This document shows positions 63,179 through 64,000 of a stretch of 64,000 bases of DNA, in pieces. The translations under genes were made by a program, and so were the position numbers. The notes under the pieces are model-generated. The model did not search any database, had not been told where the DNA came from, and was given only the letters and a program-made list of their open reading frames with translations. Positions within the stretch are counted from its first letter, which is position 1. Each line of letters begins with the position of its first letter. This DNA comes from Mobula hypostoma (lineage: Eukaryota), in contig NC_086100.1 of NCBI RefSeq assembly GCF_963921235.1, positions 203,796,001-203,860,000 on the forward strand, given 5' to 3'.

Positions 63179-64000
63179 CAATAGCACACAAAAGTTTGGG
63201 CACCCCAGTCAGAATTTCTGTTACTGTGAATAGTTAAGTGAGTAGAAGATGAACTGATCTCCAAAAGTCATAAAGTTAAAGATGAAACATTCTTTTCAAC
63301 ATTTTAAGCAAGATTAGTGTATTATTTTTGTTTTGTACAATTTCAGAGTGAAAAAAGGAAAGGAGCACCATGCAAAAGTTTGGGAACCCCAAGAGATTTG
63401 AGCTCTCAGATAACTTTTACCAAGGTCTCAGACCTTAATTAGCTTGTTAGGGCTATGGCTTGTTCACAGTCATCATTAGGAAAGGCCAGGTGATGCAAAT
63501 TTCAAAGATTTATAAATACCCTGACTCCTCAAACCTTGCCGCAACAGTCAGCAGCCATGGGCTCCTCTCAGCAGCCGCCTAGCACTCTGAAAATTAAAAT
63601 AAACGATGCCCACAAAGCAGGAAAAGGCTACAAGAAGATAGCAAAGCGTTTTCAGGTAGCCGTTTCCTCAGTTCGTAATGTAATTAAGAAATGACAGTTA
63701 ACAGGAACGGTGGAGATCAAGTTGAGGTCTGGAAGACCAAGAAAACTTACCGCGAGAACTGCTTGTAGGATTGCTAGAAAGGCAAATCAAAACCCCCATT
63801 TTACTGCAAAAGACCTTCAGGAAGATACAGCAGACTCTGGAGTGGTGGTACAATGCTCTACTGTGCAGCGACACCTGCACAAATATGACCTTCATGGAAG
63901 AAGCATCAGAAGAAAACCTTTCCTGCATCCTCACCACAAAATTCAGCATCATGTTTGCAAAGGAACATCTAAACAAGCCTTATGCATTTTTGGAAACAGG
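63179..64000 (+). mobile_element. Tc1-family DNA transposon (IR/DR type), running off the window end; transposase inactivated
   Basis: TA at 63177-63178, then CA..CAAAAGTTTGGGCACCCC, with an inner direct repeat near 63370. ATG at 63557 gives MGSSQQ..GYKKIAKRF..VRNVIKK, then TGA at 63692, then SGRPRK..NPHFTAKDL..RRKPFL. Confidence 0.92.

Overview
Vertebrate genomic DNA, not prokaryotic. It is most likely from a cartilaginous fish, probably a ray, inferred from the CR1-dominated repeat landscape, an HE1/V-SINE-like fragment, Penelope-derived short repeats and the TRIM subtype. Most of the window is nested transposon debris: many CR1 LINEs, Rex1/Babar, L1/Tx1, I/Nimb-type LINEs, Penelope fragments carrying minimal hammerhead-ribozyme motifs, a TSD-flanked hAT element, a two-LTR Gypsy element, a solo LTR and a Tc1 element. 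One complete host gene can be spliced by hand: a six-coding-exon RING/B-box/coiled-coil/PRY-SPRY TRIM gene (27732-43863, +, 478 aa) with IRF/ISRE-like and ETS motifs just upstream. The most notable signal is absent from the ORF track. At 7750-7868 a candidate terminal exon, behind a strong phase-1 splice acceptor, encodes a six-cysteine beta-defensin-like peptide that is strongly anionic. A tandem duplicate follows it and has lost exactly two cysteines, and candidate micro-exons lie upstream. All calls come from reading the sequence; no database searches were run, and boundaries of decayed transposons are approximate.
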